DNA of 64,000 bases from an uncultured Actinomycetes bacterium (lineage in GTDB: Bacteria > Actinomycetota > UBA4738 > HRBIN12), in NCBI GenBank assembly GCA_963728665.1, contig CAVSLG010000006.1, forward strand, positions 36,072 to 100,071, read 5' to 3'. The notes beneath the pieces were generated by a model, which had not been told where the DNA came from, ran no database searches, and worked only from the letters and a program-made list of their open reading frames with translations. Shown one piece after another: positions 17,788 through 26,327 of this stretch. The first letter of the stretch is position 1. Each line of letters opens with the position of its first letter. The translations under genes were made by a program, and so were the position numbers.

Positions 17788-18971
17788 CTGCCACCTCCTC
17801 CTCGGGCTGGCTGCGTTCCACACCGCTCGGCGGAGGCCTCGGCCGGCTCGAAGGTGCGGATGTCGATCGCGATCATCGCGTCGCAGTCCTGATCGAACCC
17901 CACGATCTGGTTCGGGCGGTCGTAGGAAGGAACGAAGTCACCGACGAAGGCGACGAGGCCGTCTGCCAGCACGCGCGTGCGCTGAGGCCGAGAGGACGGG
18001 CTGCCCACCCGCCGTCCGGACAGCGCCACGTTCGTGACGTTTCCGGACGCGACGCCGAACACGAACGGGCTCGACGAGAGCTCGACGTCGGCGCTCGTGA
18101 CGGCGAGCGGACCAGCGATTCCAGGCAGTCGTCCGAGCACGGCGCCATCGTCGTCGAGCATGACGAGACCGGCGCCTCGCCGAACGATCCGCCACGACAC
18201 GAGCCCCTCCACGCCCTCGAACCGGTTGACCCCCTCGAAGACTATGGAGTCGTCCTCGATGTCACGGCAGATCTGCGACGTTTCGATCGCTCCCGGCTCC
18301 AAACGGTCCGGTCCGCACCTCGTACCGGGCGCGAGGCCGACCGACAGGAGTTCAGCGCCCGCGTCATCGAGTGTCGTGAGGGAGCCCACCGGTCCTCCGT
18401 CGACCGGGATCAGGAACGCCCGCAGCGGATGCTCAAGCGCGAAAGGCACTTCCAACAGCTCGACGGATCGCGACACCCCGTCGAAGTCGGCGACGACCTC
18501 GGAGACATCGCTCCCGACGTACCCGAGCACGAAGGCGTGCCTGCCGGGGATGGTCACCTGGTAGCTCACAGCGACGGAGCCCGGGAGCTCCATATCGACG
18601 AGACGCAGCTCGTCGCCCCCGCCCCCCGATGCAGCCGTCGACGTGGACAACGAGATCACCGGTCCGAGGTCCGGACCGATGTCACTCTCGACCCGGGCGC
18701 TCATGGTCCACGACTCTCCTCCGATCGCACCGGCATCCATCGTGCGGTCGGCGATCGCCGGACGATCTGGCGGATCGGCGGGCACCGACCGGTCCGTCGA
18801 TCGGATCGCGAACGTGATCAGCAGCGCGGTGATCACGAGACCGAGCGCGCCGGCAGCGACCCGCCGACCGAGTTCGCGGCGACGGCGCGCTTCGTAGAGC
18901 GCCTCGAGGGCATCCGTCGGTGGATCGAAGAACGGTGCCACCCTGTCGAGCACATCGGTGCGGCGGGTCAT
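17784..18971 (-). CDS. Membrane protein co-transcribed with the ECF sigma factor (candidate anti-sigma / sensor)
   Basis: ATG 18971 overlaps the sigma stop (ATGA). MTRRTDVLDRV...RRVAAGALGLVITALLITFAI is a single TM. An extracytoplasmic region of about 330 aa follows. No zinc anti-sigma motif seen. Confidence 0.6.
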   Translation of the reverse strand: MTRRTDVLDRVAPFFDPPTDALEALYEARRRRELGRRVAAGALGLVITALLITFAIRSTDRSVPADPPDRPAIADRTMDAGAIGGESWTMSARVESDIGPDLGPVISLSTSTAASGGGGDELRLVDMELPGSVAVSYQVTIPGRHAFVLGYVGSDVSEVVADFDGVSRSVELLEVPFALEHPLRAFLIPVDGGPVGSLTTLDDAGAELLSVGLAPGTRCGPDRLEPGAIETSQICRDIEDDSIVFEGVNRFEGVEGLVSWRIVRRGAGLVMLDDDGAVLGRLPGIAGPLAVTSADVELSSSPFVFGVASGNVTNVALSGRRVGSPSSRPQRTRVLADGLVAFVGDFVPSYDRPNQIVGFDQDCDAMIAIDIRTFEPAEASAERCGTQPARGGGGR

Positions 18972-19495
18972 CGCGCCTCCTCCGTCCGCTCGCGCAGGTG
19001 CTTGCGGGCTCTGCTCGCGAGAGCTCGAACCGTTGACGCCTGCATCCCGAGGAGGCGTCCGGCTTCTTCGGCGGGGAGGTCGAGGATGGATGTCGACAAC
19101 ACCGCAGCGCGCTCTCGTGGTGCCAGCGACCGCATCAGGCGGATCAGCTCGTCTCGCTCCTCGACGGCGGCGAGGTCGTCCCTCGGGGTGGGGGCGATGG
19201 CGACCGCGCGCCGTATGGAGAGCATCGCGCGCCGATACCGGTTCCTGAACACGTTCATCGTCGTTCGGAACAGGTAGCCCTCGAGATCGTCGAGCGAGGC
19301 GACCCGCTCCCACCGTTCCAACAGGCGGAGATAGGCTTCCTGCACGATCTCCTCTGCTTCGTACCGGTCGCCCGTGACGAGGCACATCGCCCCGAACGCC
19401 CGATCGTGCGTCGACCGGAAGAAGTCGTCGAACCCGAGTGCAGCCACGCGTGAAGGAACATCTCCTACGCGGGCGGTCGAAACAGTCTCCGTCAT
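18968..19495 (-). CDS. ECF (sigma-70 family) RNA polymerase sigma factor
   Basis: From the internal Met at 19495. EEIVQEAYLRLLERWERV is region 2. LAPRERAAVLSTSILDLPAEEAGRLLGMQASTVRALASRARKHLR is region 4. Confidence 0.85.
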   Translation of the reverse strand: MTETVSTARVGDVPSRVAALGFDDFFRSTHDRAFGAMCLVTGDRYEAEEIVQEAYLRLLERWERVASLDDLEGYLFRTTMNVFRNRYRRAMLSIRRAVAIAPTPRDDLAAVEERDELIRLMRSLAPRERAAVLSTSILDLPAEEAGRLLGMQASTVRALASRARKHLRERTEEAR

Positions 19496-19533
19496 CGAGG
19501 CTAGAACAATCGAGGGCAGCTGAACGCTGCCAA

Positions 19534-19594
19534 GGTTCGTTCGGAAGCCCGATACGCGTTCCGGAAGGGCAGACCGCCCTTCACGGAACGAACC
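19534..19594 (-). promoter_or_regulatory. Predicted three-way-junction structure between the alpha/beta hydrolase gene and the ECF sigma gene
   Basis: The outer 9-bp stem pairs GGTTCGTTC (19534-42) with GAACGAACC (19586-94). It encloses the hairpin GAAGGGC-agacc-GCCCTTC (19564-82) and a weaker GGAA...TTCC hairpin. It could be a terminator or a leader element. Confidence 0.3.
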
Positions 19595-19707
19595 ACGGCC
19601 GGCCCGCACGACCGCGTCAGGACGGGGGGTGGCGTCCCATGCCTTGGACGCCTGAGGCGTGCAGCCGTGCTGGCCTTGGTAGAAGGACTACTCGGACCGG
19701 CGTGGGG

Positions 19708-20388
19708 TCACGTCCCCGGGTGGCGGCCAGCGACGTAACCGTGCAACATCAGCGCGAGCTCGACGGGCCGGCTGAGGGCGACGCAGTGACCGCTCTCGAT
19801 CTCGTCCGGCACGATGTTGAGCCGTTCGGCGACGACCCGCCGGCAGAACGCGGGCGGGAAGAACCGGTCCTCGGAGCACAGCACGAACCTCGTCGTCACC
19901 GCCGGCCAGGCGTCCAGGGGCCACGGCGCGTCGAGGCCGGCGATCGATCCGGGGCGCTCACGCCGCATCGCCTCCTCGGCGACTGGGCGGGGCACGTCGT
20001 GGAAGAAGCTGACGAAGGGATCCTCGTTGCCCGTCAAGCCTTCATCGAACGCGGCCTGTTCGCGCACGGCCTCGGCGTAGCCGGTGTTGTCCCACCACGC
20101 GTCGGGCGGCTCGCCCGGCGCGGGCACCATCCCGGCGACGAGGACCAGCACGTGCGTGGGCAGGCGCTCGGCGACGAGCGGGCCGATGAACGAGCCGAAC
20201 GATTGCGCGACGACGGCGACCGGTGCCGACGGGCCCCCGACGCCCTGCACCACCGCGTCGGCGCACTCGACCAGCGTCGGCGAGCGCTCGACCGGCAGAT
20301 CGGGCGCGACGGTGTCGTGGCCGAGCGCGCAGAGCTCCTCCTCAACGAGATGCCAGTACCACCCCGAGTCGCCCGCTCCGTGGATCAA
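19708..20388 (-). CDS. Alpha/beta hydrolase
   Basis: 226 aa with a TTG start. Motifs LIHGAGDSGWYW and VAQSFGSFIG (GxSxG-like). Confidence 0.8.
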   Translation of the reverse strand: MIHGAGDSGWYWHLVEEELCALGHDTVAPDLPVERSPTLVECADAVVQGVGGPSAPVAVVAQSFGSFIGPLVAERLPTHVLVLVAGMVPAPGEPPDAWWDNTGYAEAVREQAAFDEGLTGNEDPFVSFFHDVPRPVAEEAMRRERPGSIAGLDAPWPLDAWPAVTTRFVLCSEDRFFPPAFCRRVVAERLNIVPDEIESGHCVALSRPVELALMLHGYVAGRHPGT

Positions 20389-20470
20389 GACGAACGTAGT
20401 CGCGAGAGCCCCCTTGCATCCGATCGGGTCGACCCCTCAAGCTTCGCGGACGCGCGCGCCGAGCCTCGGC

Positions 20471-21985
20471 TCATCCGGCTCCGTCGATCAGGTCGACGAT
20501 CTCCCACGCTTCGACCGGCCTGCGCGCACCCTTCACCATGAGCTCGCCGCTGCTCTCCGCCTTCACGCGGTCCTTCACGAGCGCGTACGTGCGGAACCCG
20601 CACAGGACCGATCCGGGTGCCGCCGCCGTCTCGAGCCGGGCCGCCACGTTCACCGCGAACCCGACGGCCATGTAGCGGCGCATCGCCTCACTGCCGAACA
20701 CGCCGACGGTGCAGTGAGCCGTGTTCACCCCGACACGGATCTTCACGTCGGCCGGGATGCCCTGCTCTCGGAACGCGTCGGCGAGCTCGTCGCACCGTCG
20801 ATGCATCTCGAACGCCGCCTGCACGGCGGCCCACGCCTGCTCGCCCTCGGGCAGAGGCTTCGGCGCGCCGAACACGGCCATCACGCCGTCGCCGATCAGG
20901 TTGTCGACCGAGCCGCCGAACGTCATCACGGCCGCGGTCATCTCGCGCAGGTACCCGTTCAGCACGTCGGCGAGCTCCTCGGGCTCGAGGGTCTCGGCGA
21001 GGTCGGTGAACCCGACCATGTCGGCGAACAGCACGGTGATGCGGCGCCGCTCGAACGTCTCGGCGTCGGTCGGCAGCGCGCCTTCCATCAGGCCCTCCAC
21101 GACCTGCCGGGGCAGGAACCGCGCCAGTTCCCCGGTGCGGACGAGCTCGGCCACCTGCTCGTCGATGCGCGCCTCGAGCCGCCGGCGCGTGTGCTCGAGC
21201 TCCGTGACGTCGTGGTACAGGATGTAGAAGCCGCTCGGCTGGTCCTCCTGCTGCTCGCGGATCGCGAGGATCTCGACGTCGACGAGCGAGCCGTCCTTGC
21301 GGGTGCGACGGCCGATGCGATGGAACGATGTGCCGCCCCACGCCTCCTCCGACCACGCCGACGCCTCCGCGTGCAGCTCGGGATCCTTCGCGACGAGGTC
21401 GTCGAGGTTCAGGCCCATCGCCTCGTCGGCGGTGTAGCCGAACAGCCGCTCGGCGGCCGGGTTCCAGAGCGTGACCTCGATGTCACGGTTCACCATGATG
21501 ATCGCGGTCGGACTCGACTCGACGAGGGACTCGAAGAAGCGGCGCTGTCGCACGAGCTCCCCGACGTCTTCGTACAGGGCGAACGCGCCCACGAGCTCCT
21601 CCTCGAGGAAGATCGGCACGGATCGGATCGCGACGTCGACGAGCGAGCCGTCCTTCGTGGCGCGCCGCGTCACGAGCTCGTTCGGACCAGAGAACACGCG
21701 AAGATTGACGGCGGCCGCGTCCTCGCGCACGGCGTCGTGCTGCGCCACGAGCTCGTCGATCTGGCGCCCGATCGCTTCCTCTCGGGTCCACCCGAACAAC
21801 CGCTCCGCCGCCGGGTTCCAGCTGGTCACGATCAGCGCGGCATCGCACGCCACGATCGCGGTCGGGCTCGCCTCGACCAGGGTCTCGTAGAACCGGCCCG
21901 CCAGCTCGGACGTTCCGTCGGAGGACATCGACGCGAAGCGTAGAGCCCCCGGCGCTCGGGGGCCAGGGTCGGGCCTCTTGGGCAT
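20471..21985 (-). CDS. PAS-PAS-class III adenylate/guanylate cyclase
   Basis: Two PAS units (SPTAIVACDA...WNPAAERLFGW and SPTAIIMVNRD...WNPAAERLFGY). The cyclase domain carries ITVLFADMVGFTDL, GDGVMAVFGAP and NVAARLE. The start is uncertain: ATG 21985 or 21928 is preferred over 22039. Confidence 0.9.
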   Translation of the reverse strand: MPKRPDPGPRAPGALRFASMSSDGTSELAGRFYETLVEASPTAIVACDAALIVTSWNPAAERLFGWTREEAIGRQIDELVAQHDAVREDAAAVNLRVFSGPNELVTRRATKDGSLVDVAIRSVPIFLEEELVGAFALYEDVGELVRQRRFFESLVESSPTAIIMVNRDIEVTLWNPAAERLFGYTADEAMGLNLDDLVAKDPELHAEASAWSEEAWGGTSFHRIGRRTRKDGSLVDVEILAIREQQEDQPSGFYILYHDVTELEHTRRRLEARIDEQVAELVRTGELARFLPRQVVEGLMEGALPTDAETFERRRITVLFADMVGFTDLAETLEPEELADVLNGYLREMTAAVMTFGGSVDNLIGDGVMAVFGAPKPLPEGEQAWAAVQAAFEMHRRCDELADAFREQGIPADVKIRVGVNTAHCTVGVFGSEAMRRYMAVGFAVNVAARLETAAAPGSVLCGFRTYALVKDRVKAESSGELMVKGARRPVEAWEIVDLIDGAG

Positions 21986-22010
21986 GACTGACCTGGTGAT
22001 GCGCAGATGC

Positions 22011-22306
22011 TCGCCGCAGAGCCGCTTCTGGTCCATCACTATGTACGACCGACAGGCGCGGTCGATGCTGCAGACCGGCCAGGCGATGCCCCACCTCGGC
22101 AGTCAGTCGGGCACCGTGGTCGCCGGCGACGCGGGTCGATCGTGCTGCGGTTCGGCCCCGAGGCGCCAGGCGAGGGTGCGTCGAACTGGCTGCAGACGCT
22201 GCCCGGCAAGGGCTGGTTCGCGATCCTGCGCCTGTACAGCCCCGAGGCGGCCTCCTTCGACAAGAGCTGGCGGCCGAGCGAGATCAACAGGGTCGAGGGG
22301 GCTTAG
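22011..22306 (+). pseudogene. 3' remnant of a DUF1214-family gene, frameshifted
   Basis: RFWSITMYD...GSQSGTVVAGDAG reads in one frame. SIVLRFGPEAPGEGASNWLQTLPGKGWFAILRLYSPEAASFDKSW reads in the -1 frame. These are C-terminal hallmarks of DUF1214 proteins. The N-terminal roughly 300 aa are absent. Confidence 0.6.
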
Positions 22307-22307
22307 C

Positions 22308-22661
22308 TCAGGTCAACCAGGCGGAAAGGTCTTCCAGCCGCTCGGGGAGCACGTAGTAGTAGGCCCACAGTCCCTGGCGCTCCGAGCCGACCAAGCCGGC
22401 CTGCCGCAGCACCTTGAGGTGATGGGAGACGGTGGACTGAGAGAGGTCGAACAGGGGCACCAGTTCGCACACGCACACCTTCCCGGCATGCTTGCGCAGC
22501 ACGTCGATCAGCTGCACACGGACCGGATCGCCCAGTGCCTTGGCAACCTCGGCGATCGCCGCCGCTTCCTCGCGATCGACGGTCGGGAACACGACCGGCG
22601 CGGATGTCGGCTCGCCGGGATGGCGCTTGACCTTCGGGGTGAGCTGCAGGCTGACCGCCAT
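22308..22661 (-). CDS. ArsR/SmtB family metalloregulator
   Basis: 117 aa. ALGDPVRVQLIDVLRKHAGKVCVCELVPLFDLSQSTVSHHLKVLRQAGLV has the CVC metal/metalloid site and the HTH. Confidence 0.85.
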   Translation of the reverse strand: MAVSLQLTPKVKRHPGEPTSAPVVFPTVDREEAAAIAEVAKALGDPVRVQLIDVLRKHAGKVCVCELVPLFDLSQSTVSHHLKVLRQAGLVGSERQGLWAYYYVLPERLEDLSAWLT

Positions 22662-22664
22662 CGT

Positions 22665-23777
22665 TCACCGTCCTTGCGTGGGGAGGCCGACCATGGCCGG
22701 GGCGTCGCGAACCCAGGCGACCAGGGGTGCGATCACAGCGTCGGCATCGTCGCTGACGCCCCGCAGGGTGTTGGAGGCATAGGACCGCTGGAACTCGAGG
22801 CCGATGTACACGAGACCGAGATGCGTGGCGGAGATGCCGCCGACGTGGATCGGCGCTCCGTCGGCGTCCAGGGCGCCGAGCTCGCGCAGGTAACCGAGGC
22901 TGGGCCGGTATCCGGTGGCGAGGATGATCGCGTCGACCGGCTCGTGGTGCCCGTCGCTCCACACCACCCGGTCCCCGTCGAGGGCCACGAACATCGGGCG
23001 CTGATCGAGGCGGTCCTCGGCCAAGGCCCGCTCGAACCCCACGCTGTCGGTGATCACGGCGCCGTCGGTGATCTCGCTGAGCCAGACGGCGGGGAGCGCA
23101 TCGAACCCCGTCTCGCGCAGCCAGTAGTGCACGTCCTCGCCTCGCAGGCGCTGGGGCATGAACCGCACCGGATGGCGCGTGGCGAGCGTGACGGTCGCCA
23201 GCGGGGCGAGCTCGGTCGCGACCTGGGCCGCCGAGTCACCGGCGCCGACGACGACGACGCGGCGGCCGACGTACGGCGCCGGGCTGCGGTAGTCGGCGAC
23301 GTGCACGAGATCCCCGGTGAAGCTCTCTTCGCCGGTCAACATGGGCCGATGCGGGTTCGAGAACGATCCGCTGGCCGCCACGATGCCCGATGCGCGGAAC
23401 GATCGTCCGTCGGCCGCGAGCACGACGAACCCCCGGCCGTCCTGGTGGACCGTTTCCACGCGGGTGTCGAACCGGATCTCGACGTCGAGCCCCTTCGCGT
23501 ACCGCTCGAGGTAGTCGGCCACCTCGTCGCGATCGGGGTAGCGACCCGGCTCGCCCGGGAACGGCATACCCGGCATCGCGCTGAACTCCGCCGGCGAGAA
23601 CAGCCGCAGGCTGTCGTAGTAGCGCGGCCAAGACCCAGCCGGTCGATCGCCTGCTTCGAGGGCCAGGGTCGGCATCCCGTGTGTGCGCAACGCCCGCGCG
23701 GCCGCGAGCCCCGACTGGCCGGCACCGACGACGATCACCGGAGCGACGGCCTCGTGGACAGGAGCCGAGCTTCGCAT
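22665..23777 (-). CDS. FAD/NAD(P)-dependent flavoprotein monooxygenase-like oxidoreductase (ArsO-like)
   Basis: From the internal Met at 23777. VIVVGAGQSGLAAA and VVVVGAGDSAAQVA are two dinucleotide-binding motifs. Lies 3 nt upstream of the ArsR gene. Confidence 0.8.
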   Translation of the reverse strand: MRSSAPVHEAVAPVIVVGAGQSGLAAARALRTHGMPTLALEAGDRPAGSWPRYYDSLRLFSPAEFSAMPGMPFPGEPGRYPDRDEVADYLERYAKGLDVEIRFDTRVETVHQDGRGFVVLAADGRSFRASGIVAASGSFSNPHRPMLTGEESFTGDLVHVADYRSPAPYVGRRVVVVGAGDSAAQVATELAPLATVTLATRHPVRFMPQRLRGEDVHYWLRETGFDALPAVWLSEITDGAVITDSVGFERALAEDRLDQRPMFVALDGDRVVWSDGHHEPVDAIILATGYRPSLGYLRELGALDADGAPIHVGGISATHLGLVYIGLEFQRSYASNTLRGVSDDADAVIAPLVAWVRDAPAMVGLPTQGR

Positions 23778-23936
23778 GTATCTACATCTATCGATTAAAC
23801 CGAAGGATGTCAATGTAAGTCTTCGAGCACGTGACACCGCGTCGAGGGCACCAGACCCCGGAGATCTCGGCCGCCTTCACAGCCCCGGGATCGTCGGCAT
23901 AGGCTGTCGCGCAACGCGAAGGGGGGAGGTTCCACC

Positions 23937-24413
23937 ATGACGGGAGAGGAGTGGGCGCTCGCAGCGGGGGTCGTGTTCGCGGGGCTCTGGTCGGGCCTCT
24001 TGGGCATGCTGACCCTGGTGATGCACACGATGCTCGCAGCGCTGGACGGCCCGGGGTTCCTGGGCTTCATGCGGGCCTTCCTTCCGGTCGGCAGGAAGGC
24101 CTGGTTCAACTACGTCTGCGCGATCGGCATGGCCGTCGCACCGATCGTCGCGCTCGTCATGCTCTGGAGCGATGCGAGCTCCACGTCGTTCGTGCTCACC
24201 GCGATCGGCCTCGTGTTCGTGGTCGTCGGCGTGTACGTCGTCTCCAACGTGTGGAAGGAACCTCTCTACGACGTGATCCTGGCCTGGGACCCCGACGCGT
24301 TGCCGGCGGACTGGGAAGCGGGACGGCGCAAGTACTTCACGATCAACTGGATCCAACTCGTGTCGACCTGGGCGGCGTTCGGGCTCTTCCTCGCGGCGCT
24401 GATCGGGCTCTAA
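23937..24413 (+). CDS. DUF1772-like 4-TM membrane protein
   Basis: 158 aa with four hydrophobic helices. GGGGGAGG SD upstream. Ends 18 nt before the cyclase start. Confidence 0.6.
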   Translation: MTGEEWALAAGVVFAGLWSGLLGMLTLVMHTMLAALDGPGFLGFMRAFLPVGRKAWFNYVCAIGMAVAPIVALVMLWSDASSTSFVLTAIGLVFVVVGVYVVSNVWKEPLYDVILAWDPDALPADWEAGRRKYFTINWIQLVSTWAAFGLFLAALIGL

Positions 24414-24430
24414 CCGCCGTCGACCACCCG

Positions 24431-25742
24431 ATGTCCAAGCGGCCCGCGGGCCCTCTTCGTACGATGCGCCGGGTGGAGGTGCTGCAGAGCCGATCGGGAT
24501 CGGGAGGCAACCCTGGTGGCGGTTGGGTGGCCGGGCTGACGGCTCGGCTCGCCGGGATCGGCGCGGATCCGAGGGACGACGATGACCTGCGCCAGAAGAA
24601 GTCGCTCCTCGTGCTGCTCGCGGTGTTGATCCTGCCCGTGTCCCTGGTGTGGGGTGCCTCGTACCTCGCCTTCGGCTCACGGGTCGGGGTGCTTCCGTTC
24701 ATCTACTTCTCGATCTCACTCGGCTCGTTGGTGGTCTTCTCGAGGACCAGGAGCTTCGGACCGTTCCTCACGGTGCAGCTCCTCGACGTGCTGCTCATGA
24801 CGACGCTCGGACAGATGCTGTCGGGCGGCTTCCTACCGTCGGGAGGGGTCGGGCTGTGGGGCATGCTGGCTCCCCTCGGCGCCCTCGTGTTCCTCGCGGT
24901 GCGTCAGGCGATCCGATGGTTCGTCGGCTTCGTGGTGGCGTTCGTGATCCTCGGCATCGCGGGCGAGGTGTTCTTCACCGACATCGACGTGCCGGCGTGG
25001 TTCACGGCCACGATGCTCGCGCTCAACGTGATCGGCACCGGCGCCGTCGCGTTCACGGTGCTCGCGAGCTTCGCCACCCAACGCAACGCGGCGCTCGCGG
25101 CGCTGCGGGTCGAGCAGGAGCGGTCCGAGGCGCTGATCACGAACGTGCTGCCGGCGCGATCGCCGAGCGGCTGAAGGGCGGCACGGGGTCGATCGCCGAC
25201 CACGTCGAGTCGGCCACGATCGTGTTCGCCGACGTCGTGGACTTCACGCCGCTGTCGCAGCAGCTGTCGCCGGCCGAGGTCGTGGGCACCCTCGATCAGC
25301 TGTTCTCCCACTTCGACACCCTCGTCGAGCGGCATGGGCTCGAGAAGATCAAGACGATCGGCGATGCGTACATGGCCGCTGCGGGCGTGCCGGATCCGTG
25401 CGCTGATCACGCGCACCGGGCCGCCCGCTTGGCGCTGGACATGCGGGACTCGGTGGCGACATCGGCAATCGCCGGCCGCGACGGGCTCGAGCTGCGGCTC
25501 GGCATCAACACAGGACCGGTCACGGCCGGCGTGATCGGCACGAAGCGCTTCCTCTACGACCTGTGGGGCGATGCTGTGAACACGGCGAGCCGCATGGAGT
25601 CCAACGGCACGCCAGGCAAGATCCAGATCACGCGCGCGACCTACGAGCTGTTGAGGGACGCCTTCGTCTGCGAACCGCGAGGCACGATCCAGGTCAAGGG
25701 AAGGGCGAGATGGAGACCTGGTATCTCGTCGGCGCCCGGTGA
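24431..25742 (+). pseudogene. Polytopic membrane class III adenylate/guanylate cyclase with two 1-nt frameshifts
   Basis: The N-terminal 6-TM region reads in frame 2 up to LITNVLPA. Then IAERLKGG...ATIVFADVVDFTPLS...KTIGDAYMAAAG...GDAVNTASRME...GTIQVKG reads in frame 1. Then (K)GEMETWYLVGAR-TGA reads in frame 0. Shifts lie near 25151-25160 and 25695-25706. The restored stop 25740-42 overlaps the GTG of the next gene. Confidence 0.8.
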
Positions 25743-26327
25743 CCGCGGGGATGTTCGCCGCTACCGATGCGTCCGCGCGCACGGTCGTGCTCGTCGAAGG
25801 CGTGAGCGACCGCCGCGCCCTCGAGACCCTCGCCGCGAGGCGCGGGCACGATCTGGCCTCGGATGGCGTCGCGATCGTCGCGATGGGGGGATCGAAGAAC
25901 GTGCGGTACGCGGTCGACCGGTTCGGCCCCGCCGGTCTCGACCTGCGGCTGGCAGGACTCGTCGACGCGCCCGAGGAGGGCGATTACCGGCGCGCGCTCG
26001 AGCGGGCCGGGCTGGCGCTCGGTCCGACGCGGGCCGATCTCGAGCGCCTCGGCTTCTTCGTCTGCGAGGCGGACCTCGAGGACGAGCTGATCCGCGCCCT
26101 CGGTCCGGCAGGTGTGGAGGCGATCCTGGAGGCCCGCGGCGATCTCTCGACGTTCCGCACGCTGCAGCGCCAGCCCGCCCAGCGAGGTCGCCCGATCGAG
26201 GCGCAGCTCCGGCGGTTCATGGGCACGAGGAGCGGGCGGAAGGAGGCGTACGCCACCTACCTCGTCGAGGCGCTCGACCTCGCGGACATGCCGCGGCCGC
26301 TCGACCTCGTGGTTCGGCGCGTGGCCC
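25739..26327 (+). repeat. Dispersed direct repeat, copy B (TOPRIM gene segment)
   Basis: See copy A at 10712-11300. Confidence 0.8.

Noticed and set aside
21986-22039. Longest-ORF start (22039) for the PAS-cyclase gene
   Set aside because: That extension is antisense to the conserved FWSITMYD segment of the DUF1214 remnant and encodes no PAS sequence. The downstream ATGs (21985, 21928) are more plausible.
22308-23777. Arsenic-resistance operon
   Set aside because: Only ArsR and an ArsO-like flavoprotein are present. There is no arsenite efflux pump and no arsenate reductase in the window.
20084-23798. 619-aa and 606-aa plus-strand ORFs
   Set aside because: They are antisense to the PAS-cyclase, ArsR and flavoprotein genes. 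Only the first about 100 codons of the second (FWSITMYD...) carry real signal, and that part is reported as the DUF1214 remnant.
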